Assembly (NCBI GenBank): GCA_964016885.1
Contig: OZ024761.1
Location: 868,001 to 932,000, forward strand
Direction: 5' to 3'
Source: Eledone cirrhosa
Lineage: Eukaryota
Length of the DNA stretch: 64,000 nt
The notes under the pieces are model-generated. The model saw only the letters and a list, made by a program, of their open reading frames with translations, had not been told where the DNA came from and did no database searches. This document shows, one piece after another, positions 26,191-47,225 of this stretch. Every line of letters begins with the position of its first letter. Within the stretch, counting starts at the first letter, position 1. The position numbers were made by a program, and so were the translations under genes.

Positions 26191-26518
26191 ATCATCATCA
26201 TGATCATTATTTTACGTCTGCTTTTCCTTGCTTGCAAGGGTGGAACGGGAACTGATTCTGGCTTGATTTCTACAGCTGGATGCCCTTCCTAAGACCAACC
26301 TCATTTAGAGTGAGTGCTGGGTGCTTTTTGGCCGGAGCACCTCCACGACCACTTTTCAGTGGAATGATATGGACCCAGTCTTATCTCATTTCTACAACTG
26401 GAGCAATGTGAAATAAAGTGTCTTGCTCGAGGAAACAAGACATCACCCGGTCTGAGAATTGAACTCAGAACCTTTCGATTGCAAGGCCAATGCTCTAACC
26501 ATAAAGCCATGTGCCTCC
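26191..26518 (-). mobile_element. SINE family 1
   Basis: Reverse complement of the 4198-4531 type. Confidence 0.88.
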
Positions 26519-26562
<44 letters not shown>

Positions 26563-26564
<2 letters not shown>

Positions 26565-27036
26565 CATCATCCTCATCATCATCTTCGTTTAACGTCCATA
26601 TTCCACGCTCGCATGGGTTTGGACGGGAGTTTTCCCACTTGAGGCAAGAGTGGTTGTCTTGCTCGCATAGGACTGTCTGGCGGGTTTTCTACGGCTGGAT
26701 GCCCTTCCTAACACCAACCACGTTTACAGTGTGGGTCTGGGAGGTTTTTACCGTGTTACCTACACGGCCACATTACAGCATGGACTGTGTTTTTTTGTCG
26801 TGACACCTAAACGACCTCATTTGTTTCGGGCTGGATGTTGTGGTACCAACATAACTTTACATTGAAAGGGGTGGTGTGGATGGGGTGGGGGTAGTGGGAT
26901 GGGTGTGTATTTTGTTAGAGGTGCCTACTGACTGTAGTAGGTTTCACTTTGCACTTAGGTAAGGCGGGTCTTCTCTATTACTGTGTAGCGCCAAAGATCT
27001 CGGTCCAGTGACATTGTCTTGGAGAGGTGTAAGTGT
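26563..27036 (-). mobile_element. RTE LINE short 3' fragment
   Basis: Last codons and 3' UTR match 42960-43432. TA tracts lie on both flanks. Confidence 0.92.
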
Positions 27037-27049
27037 GTATATATATATT

Positions 27050-27082
<33 letters not shown>

Positions 27083-27127
27083 ATTTATATATATTTATAT
27101 ATATATATATTTATATATATATATATT

Positions 27128-27186
<59 letters not shown>

Positions 27187-27213
27187 ATATATTTATATAT
27201 ATTTATATATATT

Positions 27214-27248
<35 letters not shown>

Positions 27249-27283
27249 ATTTATATATATATATATTTATATATATTTATATA

Positions 27284-27391
<108 letters not shown>

Positions 27392-27526
27392 AATATTTAT
27401 CTATATATTTATATTTATATATATATATACATCTATGTGCAAAAAATAAATGGAAAACAACAAACCAAACAATACAGTACAGTAAAGGTATTTATTAGTT
27501 TAACATTTGATATAGTAGGAAAATGG

Positions 27527-27562
27527 TCTGAACGTTTTGGACACTAGTCTTTCATCAGAAGA
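27527..27562 (-). ncRNA. Degenerate minimal hammerhead motif (PLE relic)
   Basis: Minus strand TCTT-CTGATGA-AAGAC-TAGT-GTCC-AAAA-CGT-TC-AGA. G12 is mutated. Confidence 0.45.
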
Positions 27563-27709
27563 TAGAATGGTGAAAAAAAAGATGAAATAGAAAGAGAGGA
27601 AAGTGAGATGAGGAAGAAAATGAGAAGAAAAAAAATATGTGGGAGAAAAAGCACGTGTATTCAATCAGATGTTTTTGATAAAATGTATTAGATGGATGGA
27701 TAGTGAAAG

Positions 27710-27917
27710 AGAGAGATAAACAGACAGACATAGACAGACAGACAGAGGGGCAGATATATTGACAGACAGACAGACAGACGCAGACATAGACAGGCAGACA
27801 GATATGCAGACTGACAGACAGACAAACAGACAGACAGAGTCACAGGCAGATGAACAGAGAGACAGACAGATACACAGAGAGAGACAGACTGACAGACAGA
27901 TAAATAAAGATACAGAC

Positions 27918-27958
<41 letters not shown>

Positions 27959-28500
27959 TAGACAGACAGGTAGGCAGACAGGTAGGCAGACAAACAGACA
28001 GACAACAGACAGACAGACAGACATAGATTGAGTAATAGACAGATAGACATTGTAAAGTAGAATAGCTCAGCTGAAAGGTCAAGGAGGATAATACATCTCT
28101 ATATTGTGTGTGTGTTTGTGAGAGTGTGTGTACATGTGTTTGTATGTGTACATGTGTGTGAGAGAGAGTGTGTGTGTGTGTGTGAGAGAGAGAGAGTGTG
28201 TGAGAGAGAGTGTGTGTGTGTGCGTGTGTGTACTTGTGTGTTTGTGTGAGTGAGACAGTGTCAGAGTGAGTGTGAGTACATGTGAGAGAGTGTGTGTGTG
28301 TGTGTGTGTGTTTATGTGAAAGAGAGAGAGACAGAGTGTGTGTGTATGTGTGTGTGTGTGATAGTGTGTGTGTGTGATAGTATGCGTGTGTTGGTGAGAG
28401 AGAGTGTGTGTGTGCAGGAGAGAGAGAGAGAGAGTATGTATATATGTGAGTATATGTGTGTGTTTGTGAGAGAGACAGTATATGTGTATGTCAGTGTGAG
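27710..28500. repeat. (GACA)n and (GT/GA)n simple repeats
   Basis: Direct reading of the sequence. Confidence 0.95.
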
Positions 28501-29023
28501 TACATTTGACCTCAGGAATCAATCAATCACCAAATTTCCATCTAAGAGGTTCTCAAGTGATTATGTAACATAACGCAATGAGAGAACATGCCCATGGCCA
28601 ATAGACGTGCTAAAAATAGCAGCCAAATCTCCATCTAAGAATTATTTCACTGGATACATAATAACATAAGAATAGTTCTAACAAAGAGACAATGAAAGAA
28701 CCAATCAATGAGCTAGAAACAGCAGCCAAATCACCCTCACATTACATCCTATATTTCTATTATGAAGTCTTTTACAGTAGCCATCCTGGAATACTGGTCT
28801 GAGGCATATATGATATTCTGTATTCATCAAATTCATTATCATCACCGACATGGGTTGCACGAGACTTCGGTGGATGAGGATGCCCTTCATGGTACCAACC
28901 CATATTTATATCTAATATATTTATGTGTGTGTATATATATATACAACCATTTAAATATTGGTAATGAATTCCACATAAAAACGCAATGAACTTTAGTTTC
29001 AACCCAATATATATATCAGTCCA

Positions 29024-29099
<76 letters not shown>

Positions 29100-29959
29100 C
29101 ACGGAGTGTCTAAGGTACAATGACCAGGAAGACCAAATATACATACATTGTGAGCATGTACAATAATCAATATACACTTCTGATAGAAGTGTATATATTA
29201 TAGAGACTGTATTTTGCGTGCTAAGTGTTAAATTTTAATCCCACCACACCACTACATCACATACACCACAAATATATCATACAGACCACACAAACCACAC
29301 AGACCACACATACACCACACACACCACACAGACCACACAAATACCACTCCACTACACCACACCACAGACGCCACACATATACCACTCCACTACACAAATA
29401 CCACTCAACCACAGACCACACACAGCAATTCATCACATACACCACACCACTACATCACATACACCACACACACCACACACACCACACAAATACCACTCCA
29501 CTACACCACACCACAGACGCCACACATATACCACTCCACTACACAAATACCACTCCACCACAGACCACACACAGCAATTCATCACATACACCACACCACT
29601 ACATCACATACACCATACATACCACACATACACCACACAGACCACACATACACCACCACACCACTCACAGGTAATCCACACTCAACTATATACAAGCACA
29701 TTATTTATCAATGTTTAATCCATACACATATTTAACCTTGATAATACAAAACGCCAGTTACGTCACAAGTGCATGCGTATGCACGTATATGTTTGTGTAT
29801 GCACATATGTGTGTGTGCACATATGTGTATATTTATCTGTGCATGCATGTGTGTGAATGCATGTGTGTGTATATTTACTGAAATCTAATATTATCTCATG
29901 GTTTGAGATATGATAATTTAAAAAAAAAAAGCCTGCGTGTTTCAAACACCAGCTTAACC

Positions 29960-30600
29960 CTCTGGGGCTTAAAACTGTTGGAAAAACTCCCTCTTGCTTC
30001 TGCTATACAAAACTTCTTCTTGACCCACTTATTCCTGGGAGTGTCATGATGGAGAGGGGGGGGCAGAGTCCTCAAGCACGCTTCCCAGTGGGTCATATCA
30101 GAAGCAACCATCTCCAAATGATCCAGCTTGATCCTCAACCGAGACCAACCAAGCTCATGGATGTTATACAACCATCTTGCACGGGATCAACCCCCTGGGT
30201 CTCCTACCAGTTGGTTTTGCCCATAAAATCTGTCCACTGATTTTCCTGAGCCTTCCAGTGGGTCATATCAGAAGAAGCAACCGTCTCCAGCCAAATGATC
30301 CAGCTTGATCATCAAGCAAGAACAACCAAGTTCATGGATGTTATATAACCATCTGGCTTGGAATCAACCCCTGGATCTCCTACAACTTTTCTTTCCAGTC
30401 GAACATATCAGAAGCAACCATCTCCAAATAATCCAGCTTGATCCTCAACCAAGACCAACGAAGCTCATGGATCTTATACAACCATCTTGCACGGGGTCTA
30501 TCACTGGGTCTCCTACAAGTTAGTTTTGCCCATAAAATCTGTCCAATGATTCTTTCCTGAGACATTCCAACCACATGTCCGTAATATCGGAGCTCTGATC
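29960..30600 (-). mobile_element. Degenerate RTE-like 3' end with tandemly reiterated segments
   Basis: MSQERIIGQILWAK...RPSDRPRARWLYKIHELRWSWLRIKLD. The block CATATCAGAAGCAACC...ACAACCATCTTGC recurs three times. Confidence 0.65.
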
Positions 30601-31274
30601 TATACTTAAATTTGAGCTATTTCTTTCTCTAACAGCTGTGAAAATTATTCAGTTATTGTTGCTGTTGTTTGGGGAGGATATAATTAGTGAAATTAAAACA
30701 GCCACCACCATCACTAACTGAAATCATTCTCGTTAGTACCATTAATTAAACCAACAAATACTACATTACACACCACAAGCTGATATTCTCTGTATTAGGA
30801 TAGTCACTTAGTAGATAATAAAGTAAAGAGGATTGACAAACTCGTTAGAGTGTCAGAGACAATGCTATTTCAGTATGTGTTCTGGCTTTTTACATTCAGT
30901 ATGCAAATCCTGCCCAAGTCAAATTTACCTTACATCCTTCCAAGATGGATGAAATAAAATACCAGTCAAATACTAGGGCAGATTTAATTCATTAACTTCG
31001 TCTTTCCCACAAAATTGCTAGCATTGTACATCATCATCATCATCATCATTTAATGTCTATTTTTCACACTAGCATGGGTTAGACGGGTTGATATATATAT
31101 ATGATATACAGAGCTGTTTCTGGCTTGGTTTCTACAGCTGGATGCCCTTCCTAACACCAACCTCATTTACAATGTGTGTGCTTGAAAAAGACCCATCCAA
31201 CCCATGCAAACATAGAAAGAGGGACGTAAAAAAAAATCAATGATGATATGTAAGTGGGTGTATATATATATATA

Positions 31275-31881
31275 TGGTGGCTGCCAACTCGTTTTCGAGT
31301 ACGGCCACTACTTTATATCCATGTAGGAGAACTCCTACCAATGCGCTGAACGAGTGACATTTTAGTCCAGCCAGCAACTTGAAAACTCTGGTACAAACAC
31401 TACACTTGTGACAATTATTGACACATAGTGCTGGGCCCATGGTACCATGTGACGACAAGTGCAGAGAGATCTCCAGATATAAAGCAATGCCTGTGCCGTG
31501 AAGCTTTTATAGTGAGCAAAGGCACTGCACAAAGCCAGTCCCACTCTCTTAACCAAGATGATATTTACCAAAAAGAAGAACAAGTCAACATCATTGGATA
31601 CCATCAGGGTTGCAGGTGTTATATCAGAGTTTTCCTTCTCCTAGAATTCTGCCTTGACAAAGGCTAAGGGGTCATCTCTCCCGGTGATTTTGGATGGCCA
31701 TTGACTCTTAAGAGCTCCTTTGCCCTTTGACAGGTTTTGTTTTTAGTCCTGCAGGATGTCCAAAGTCACCCTCCTCACCAAGAAACCTTGGTGGGGTTGC
31801 CAGTTTAGTCGCCAACGACCCGACCATGGGACAGGTTGTACTGGGATACATGTTACCAGTAGCACCAACTGGTGACCTGAC
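31275..31881 (-). mobile_element. Internally deleted (bipartite) RTE/BovB-like element
   Basis: Minus-strand 5' part has GTCGTTGGCGACTAAA and GGAGAAGGAAAACTCTGA, motifs I recall from RTE 5' UTRs. The 3' part encodes a C2H2-like remnant, CSVCTRVFKLLAGLKCH. TA tracts flank it. Confidence 0.6.
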
Positions 31882-31907
31882 ATAATATATATATATATAT
31901 ATACACA

Positions 31908-31970
<63 letters not shown>

Positions 31971-32016
31971 TTTTTATATATATATATATATATAAAAATA
32001 TATGTATATATATAAA

Positions 32017-32360
32017 AGGCATATGGCTTAGTGGTTAGAGCATTGGCCTTGCAATCGAAAGGTTGTGAGTGCAATTCTCAGACTGGGTGATGTGTTGTTT
32101 CCTTGAGCAAGACACTTTATTTCACATTGCTCCAGTTTACTCAGCTGTAGAAATGAGATGATAGGGACGGGGGCCATATCATTCCACTGCAAAGTGGTCG
32201 TGGAGGTGCCACGGCAAAAAAGCACCCAGCACTCACTGTAAATAAGGTTGGTGTTAGGAAGGGCATCCAGCTGTAGAAATCAAGCCAAAAATTAGTTCCC
32301 GTCCCACCCTTGCAAGCAGGGAAAAAGCGGACGTAAAATGAAATGATGATGAAATGATGA
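32017..32360 (+). mobile_element. SINE family 1
   Basis: Matches 4198-4531. Confidence 0.9.
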
Positions 32361-32464
32361 TATAAAAATGTGTGTGTATATATATATATATATTATATAT
32401 ATATACATATTTTTATATATATATATATATGATATATATAAATATATTTATACATATATACATA

Positions 32465-32507
<43 letters not shown>

Positions 32508-33010
32508 CATATTTATATATATATATATATATATGATACATATAAATATATATATATATGTGCACATATATACATATCATATTGATATATATATATGATA
32601 TATATAAATATATATATATGTACACATATATATATATCATATTGATATATATATATGATATATATAAATATATATATATGTACACATATATACATATCAT
32701 ATTGATATATATATATGATATATATAAATATATATATATGTACACATATATACATATCATATTGATATATATATATATGATATATATGAATATATATATA
32801 TATATGATATATATGAATATATATATATATATGTACACATATATACATATCATATTTATAGATATATATAAATATATATATATATATGTACACATATATA
32901 CATATATTTATATATATATATATGATATATATAAATATGTACACATATATACATATATTTATATATATATAAATATATATATATATGTACACATATATAC
33001 ATATATTTAT

Positions 33011-33540
33011 AAAATAAAGTTAAATAAAAGTCAAATGATTAAAATTTAGCTTCGTTTATTACTGCTATATATATTTCAGTGACAGCCATCTTTGGCTGTG
33101 ACCTCTTCAGGCAGTTTGAATTAGTATGGTATAGACAAGTACATATGTTGTTTAGGTGTATGATGTTGTCAATACTCTGATATGCCCAGTTCCTTGTTGG
33201 GTTGTTAATTCACTGGGGAACTGGAGTCATATGAGGTATGAATTAACAACCCAACAAGGAACTGGGCATATCAGAGTATTGACAATATTATACACCTAAA
33301 CAACATATGTACTTGTCTATACCATACTAATTCAAACTGCCTGAAGAGGTCACAGCCAAAGATGGCTGTCACTGAAATATATATAGCAGTAATAAACGAA
33401 GCTAAATTTTAATCATTTGACTTTTATTTAACTTTATTTTACACTACTCCGGAGTAACCAAACCAACCTGCGCACTTCATCTAGTGCTCCAGCCTGCATA
33501 CTGAGGTGTTGGTATACAACCAACATATACTCAAAATCTA
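33011..33540 (+). mobile_element. Non-coding PLE-derived fold-back element (202-bp arms) with hammerheads on both strands
   Basis: Arms 33011-33212 and 33239-33440, followed by a 100-bp tail that is also found inverted at about 47115-47205. Confidence 0.8.
33336..33390 (+). ncRNA. Type I hammerhead ribozyme (mirror copy on minus strand 33061-33115)
   Basis: ACTGC-CTGAAGA-GGTCACAGCCA-AAGA-TGGCTGTCACT-GAAA-TATATA-TA-GCAGT. Confidence 0.8.
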
Positions 33541-39533
<5,993 letters not shown>

Positions 39534-39536
<3 letters not shown>

Positions 39537-42500
39537 TTTTTGGACGTATTTAACAGAACAAATTTTGTATTTTTGTTATGTATTTTTGTTAATCGCTTGT
39601 TAAATGCATGGACCCCACTCAATCATTACCTTCTTGCTAGCTACCCAACACCCCTCCCTCCCACCCCCACACACCACCATTGCTATTACGTGGACCAATC
39701 ATAAAACAGAGCCCCCACGCATCACCAGTATTATTACGCGGACCAATCAGAAACCAGAGGCCTATACTATCGCTTGCCTGGTTGCCTTTCGATATACGAT
39801 ATATGATGGATGGATGGACTGTGGAATCCTGGAGAGTGGAGGTGAGAGAGAAAAATCTGGACGCTCAGCGACAATGCCAAAGATAAAGACAAATTCACCC
39901 CTTGGACGAGAATGCGAGCACTCCTCATTGTTTCAACCGCGGACGGCTAACATAACCCCATCGCCCCCCCGCCCCTCACCGCCCCCAACCCCCAAACGCA
40001 ATCCAAAACTTCAGAGTTGGTACCATAAATGTAGGCACCCTAAAGGGTCGCGCTAACGAGGTTGTAGAAATGCTTGAACGTAAGGAGGTCGATGTTTGTT
40101 GTATTCAAGAGACCAGGTGGAGGGGGGGTCTGCTAGGTTCATTGAGGGTAAAAAACGTTGTTATAAGCTTTTCTGGGTGGGAAACGACGATGGGCTGGGT
40201 GGAGTAGGAATCATGGTAGCAGAAAAGTGGGCAGATAAGATAATAGACGTAAATAGAGTGAACGACAGAATAATTAAAATACGACTTGTCCTCAATAGAA
40301 CTACGGTGACAGTAATATCTGCGTACGCACCCCAATCCGGACTGCCCGGCACTATAAAAGACAGATTCTATGAGACACTGATGCTAACTACCTCCCAAAT
40401 ATCCGACAGTGACTATATAATTATCGCAGGCGACCTAAATGGTCACGTTGGACAACATTGTGACGGCTACGACGAAATCCATGGAGGCTATGGGTTTGGT
40501 ACTAGAAATGAGGAAGGCTCCAGAATCCTGGAATTCTGTGATGCAAATAACCTAACTATCTGTAACACTAACTTAAAAAAACGTGACAATCACCTGATCA
40601 CCTATAGATCCGGGGAACACACAAGCCAGGTAGATTATATCCTTACCAGAAGACGTGACAGAGTGTCTGTTGTTAACACTAAATCCCTCCCCCATGAAGA
40701 ATGCACCTCCCAACATAGACTGATAATTAGCGACCTCATAGTCAGGACGAGACGTACTCGACAACAGAAGAGGACTATCCTCAGGAGGAAAATATGGAAG
40801 CTAAAGGACCCCACAGCCAGGAATAAATTTCAAAGCATATTACTTGATGCTTTCGACAGTAAGGAAGAACATTTAGAGTCGGACAATATAGAGGGAGAGT
40901 GGGAATTTCTGAAAGCAAACCTGCTGTTGGCGACAGACGAGGTCTGTGGCTGGAGCAGGCCTGTAGGCAGGAGGAGAGTAACATGGTGGTGGAACAGTAA
41001 GGTGGAGGGGTCAATTAAGGCCAAAAAGCAGGCTTGGAAAGTATGGCGGGATGGGGGAAGTAGAGAGGACTATCAAGTGGCCAGGAGGGAAGCTAGGAGA
41101 CAAGTGTACTTAGCAAGAAGGGAAGCTGAGGAAAGAAAGTTCAAGCATGTTCTACAACGCGATGACCAAAAACGTGAGGTGTTCAGGATTGCTAGGCAAT
41201 GCGTCAAGGAAAACCGTGATATTGTCGGGGAGAAGTGTGTACTAAACGACGATGGCACACTTGCCATCACCGACGCTGATAAGAAGGTAGCTTGGAAGTG
41301 TCACTATGAAAGGCTTCTAAATGAGGAGAATAATTGGGAGAAAGGCAGTCTCCCCCATATCGACCCAATAGAGGGACCAGCAGTGTTAGTCGAGGGGAGT
41401 ATAATAAGTAAGGCAATCAAGGATATGAAGACTGGTAAGGCGGCTGGGCCTTCGGAAATAGTTGCTGAGATGCTGAAGGCATCTGGCACGGTGGGACACA
41501 CCATGGTCACCCGCATAGTTAACCAAGTCGTACAGAATGGGGTTGTTCCGAAGGACTGGCATAGCAGCATCATCGTTAACTGTTATAAGGGTAAAGGAGA
41601 CGCCCTAGATAGGAGTAACTATAGAGGCATTAAATTAATCGACCAGGTCATGAAGGTCACGGAAAGAGTAATAGCGCAACTAATCAGAGAGAGAATTGAC
41701 CTAGATGAAATGCAGTTCGGGTTTGTGTCAGGCAAAAGTACCACAGACGCTCTTTTCATAGTACGACAACTACAGGAGAAGTACCTAGCTAAAGGTAAAC
41801 CCCTCTACTTAGCTTTTGTCGACTTGGAGAAAGCCTTCGACAGAGTCCCCCGCTCCATTATCTGGTGGGCTCTTAGAAAACTAGGCGTTGACGAATGGCT
41901 TGTGAGGGCTATACAAGCCATGTATAAAGAAACAGTCAGCAAGGTTAGAATTAACAACGAATATAGTGAAGAGTTTAGCGTAAAAGTTGGCGTCCATCAG
42001 GGCTCTGTTCTCAGTCCACTACTATTTATTATTGCCCTTCAGGCTATAACAGAGGAGTTCAAGACAGGCTGCCCATGGGAACTCCTATACGCAGACGACC
42101 TGACACTCATAGCGGAATCAATGGCCGAGCTAGAGAAGAAATTCCAAACATGGAAGCACGGCCTAGAGTCAAAAGGACTTAAAATTAACCTGGCTAAGAC
42201 CAAAGTACTAGTTTGTAGGAAAGAAAACAAGGCGGCGGTCCCTTCTGGGAAATGGTCGTGCTCGGTGTGTAGGAAAGGCGTAGGTAGAAACTCCATTTTA
42301 TGTCCTAAATGCAAAGTATGGGTGCATAAAAGATGTAGTGGGATCACAGGTAAGCTAACTAAGAACATAGATTTTACATGTGGCCGGTGCTCTGGTGCAA
42401 TAAGTAGCAGCAAGTGCCCACAAACTACTAGCTCTTTCAATTGCGCAGAGGGTTCTATAGAAATAGTGGACAGCTTCCGTTACCTGGGCGATAAAATCAG

Positions 42501-43432
42501 CAGTGGGGGAGGGTGCTCTGAAAGTACTGTAGCTAGAGTCAGAACTGGTTGGAAAAAGTTCAGAGAGCTTATACCACTATTAGCTGCTAAAGGGTTCTCA
42601 CTAAAAATGAAAGGCAGGTTGTACGATGCCTGCATACGAACAGCAATGCTGCATGGCAGTGAGACCTGGGCATTGTGTGCAGAGGATATACGCAGACTAG
42701 AGAGGAACGAAGCTTGCATGCTCCGCTGGATGTGTAACAGTAATATACGTGAACGGCAAAGCATAAACGAACTAAGGAAAAAATTAGAGATAAGAGGGAT
42801 CAGATGTTGTTTACTCGAGAGAAGGCTACGTTGGTATGGACACGTGATGCGCATGAAAGTCGATAGCTGTATAACAAAGTGCAGGGCAATAAAGATAGAC
42901 GGTAGTCACGGAATAGGCAGACCTAGAAAAACCTGGGACGAGCTGATAAACTCCGACATCACACACTTACACCTCTCCAAGACAATGTCACTGGACCGAG
43001 ACCTTTGGCGGTACTCAGTAACAGAGAAGACCCGCCTTACCTAAATATATAGTAAAACCTACTCCAGCCAGTAGGCATCTCTAACAAAATACACCCCGTC
43101 CCACCACCCCCACCCGATCCACACCACCCCGTTCTATGTAAAGTTATGTTGGTGCCGCGCCATCGAGGCCGAAACAAATGAGATCGTGTAGGTGTCACGA
43201 CAAAAAAACACACAGTCCACGCTGTAATGTGGCCGTGTAGGCAACACGGTAAAAACCTCCCAGACCCACACTGTAAATGTGGTTGGTGTTAGGAAGGGCA
43301 TCCAACTGTAGAAAACCTGCCAGACAGTCCTATGCGAGCAAGACAATCACTCTTGCCTCAAGTGGGACTACCCCCGTCCAAACCCATGCAAGCGTGGAAC
43401 ACGGACGTTAAACGTTGCTGATGATGATGATG
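39534..43432 (+). mobile_element. Full-length, near-intact RTE LINE
   Basis: 5' leader, APE endonuclease, RT, ~390-bp 3' UTR and (ATG)n tail, embedded in TA satellite. Confidence 0.95.
40007..43044 (+). CDS. RTE polyprotein: APE endonuclease + reverse transcriptase with inserted PHD-like finger
   Basis: 982-aa ORF 40096..43044 has SAYAPQ, GDLNGHVG, QVDYIL, FVDLEKAFD, HQGSVLSP, YADD and FRYLG. The endonuclease N-terminus NFRVGTINVGTL...CIQETRW (40007-40122) lies in another frame and joins across a G7 run. The true start is unresolved. Confidence 0.9.
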
Positions 43433-45446
<2,014 letters not shown>

Positions 45447-45449
<3 letters not shown>

Positions 45450-46904
45450 TCATCATCATCATCGTTTAACGTTGATCTTCCACGCTTGCATGGGTTTGGA
45501 CGGGAGTTTTCCCACTTGAGGCAAGAGTGGTTGTCTTGCTCATATAGGACTGTCTGGCGGGTTTTCTATGGCTGGATGCCCTTCCTAACACCAAACACGT
45601 TTTCAGTGTGGACTGGGAGGTTTTTACCGTGTTACCTACACGGCCACATTACAGCGTGGACTGTGTGTTTTTTTTGTCGTGACACCTACACGACCTCATT
45701 TATTTCGGACTGGATGTTGTGGTACCAACATAACTTTACATTGAAAGGGGTGGTGTGGATGGGGTAGGGGTAGTGGGATGGGGCTGTATTTTTGTTAGAG
45801 GTGCCTACTGAGTGTAGTAGGTTTCACTTTGTACTTAGGTAAGGCGGGTCTTCAGTATTACTGTGTAGCGCCAAAGATCTTGGTCCAGTGACATTGTCTT
45901 GGAGAGGTGTAAGTGTGTGAGGTCGGAATTTATCAAGTCGTCCCAGGTTTTTCTGGGTCTGACTACTCTGTGGTTACCGTCTATTTTTATTGCCCTGCAC
46001 TTTTTTATACAGCTGTCGTCTTTCATGCGCATCACGTGACCACACCAACGTAGTCTTCTCTCGAGTAAACAACATCTGATCCCTCTTATTTCTAATTTTT
46101 CCCTTAGTTCGTTTATGCTTTGCTGTTCACGTATATTACTATTACACATCCAGCGGAGCATGCAAGCTTTTGTTCCTCTCTAGTCTGCGTATATCCTCGG
46201 CAGTGAGACCTGGGCATTGTGTGCAATGTAACATTGCTGTTCGTATGCAGGCATCATACAGCCTGCCTTTCATTTTTAGAGAGAACCCTTTAGCAGCCAA
46301 TAGTGGTATACGCTCTCTGAACCTTTTCCATCCAGTTCTGACTCTAGCTACTGTATTTTCAGAGCACCCTCCACCACTGCTGATTTTGTCACCCAAGTAA
46401 CGGAAGGTGTTCGCTATTTCTATAGAACCATCTGTCCAATGGAATGAGCTAGTATTCTGTGGGCACTTGCTGCTACTTATTGCACCAGAGCACCGGCCAC
46501 ATGTAAAATCTATGTTCTTAGTTAGCTTACCTGTGATCCCACTACATCTTTTATGCACCCATACTTTGCATTTGGGACATAAAATGGAGTTTCTACCTAC
46601 TCCTTTCCTACACACTGAGCATGGCCATTTCCCGGATGGGACCGGTGCCCTATTTTCCTTCCTACAAACTAGAACTTTAGTCTTAGACAGGTTAATTTTA
46701 AGGCCTTTTGATTCTAGGCCATGCTTCCATGTTTGGAATTTCTTCTCTAGTTCAGCCATTGATTCAGCTATGAGCGTTAGATCATCTGCGTATAGGAGTT
46801 CCCATGGGCACCCGGTCTTGAACTCCACTGTTATAGCCTGAAGGGCAATAATAAATAGTAGGGGGCTAAGAACGGAGCCCTGATGAACACCAACTTTTAC
46901 GCTA
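45447..46904 (-). mobile_element. RTE LINE, 5'-truncated, frameshifted
   Basis: ORFs 46142..46954 and 45835..46161 match the RT C-terminal half. Confidence 0.95.
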
Positions 46905-46927
46905 ATATATATATATATATATATATA

Positions 46928-47225
46928 TAAAATAAAATAAAATAAATAAGTCAAATGTTTAAAATTTGGCTTCGTTTATTACTGCTATATATATTTTGGT
47001 GACAGATTCTCGTTTGTCAGGTAGGGGGATGTCCTTCAGTGACGCTAAGGTTGCCAGTTTTTCCATAGTGACTTAAGTCCGCTACTGTTTGAAGCGCTCA
47101 ACCTGTGGGGGAACTAGATAAATTTTGAGTATATGTTGGTTGTATACCAACACCTCAGTATGCAGATTGGAGCACTCGACGAAGTGCGCAGGTTGATTTG
47201 GTTATAAAACCAACATATACTCAAA

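Noticed and set aside
42039-42854. Antisense ORFs recurring in RTE copies
   Set aside because: Shadow frames of the RT coding strand with no recognisable motifs.
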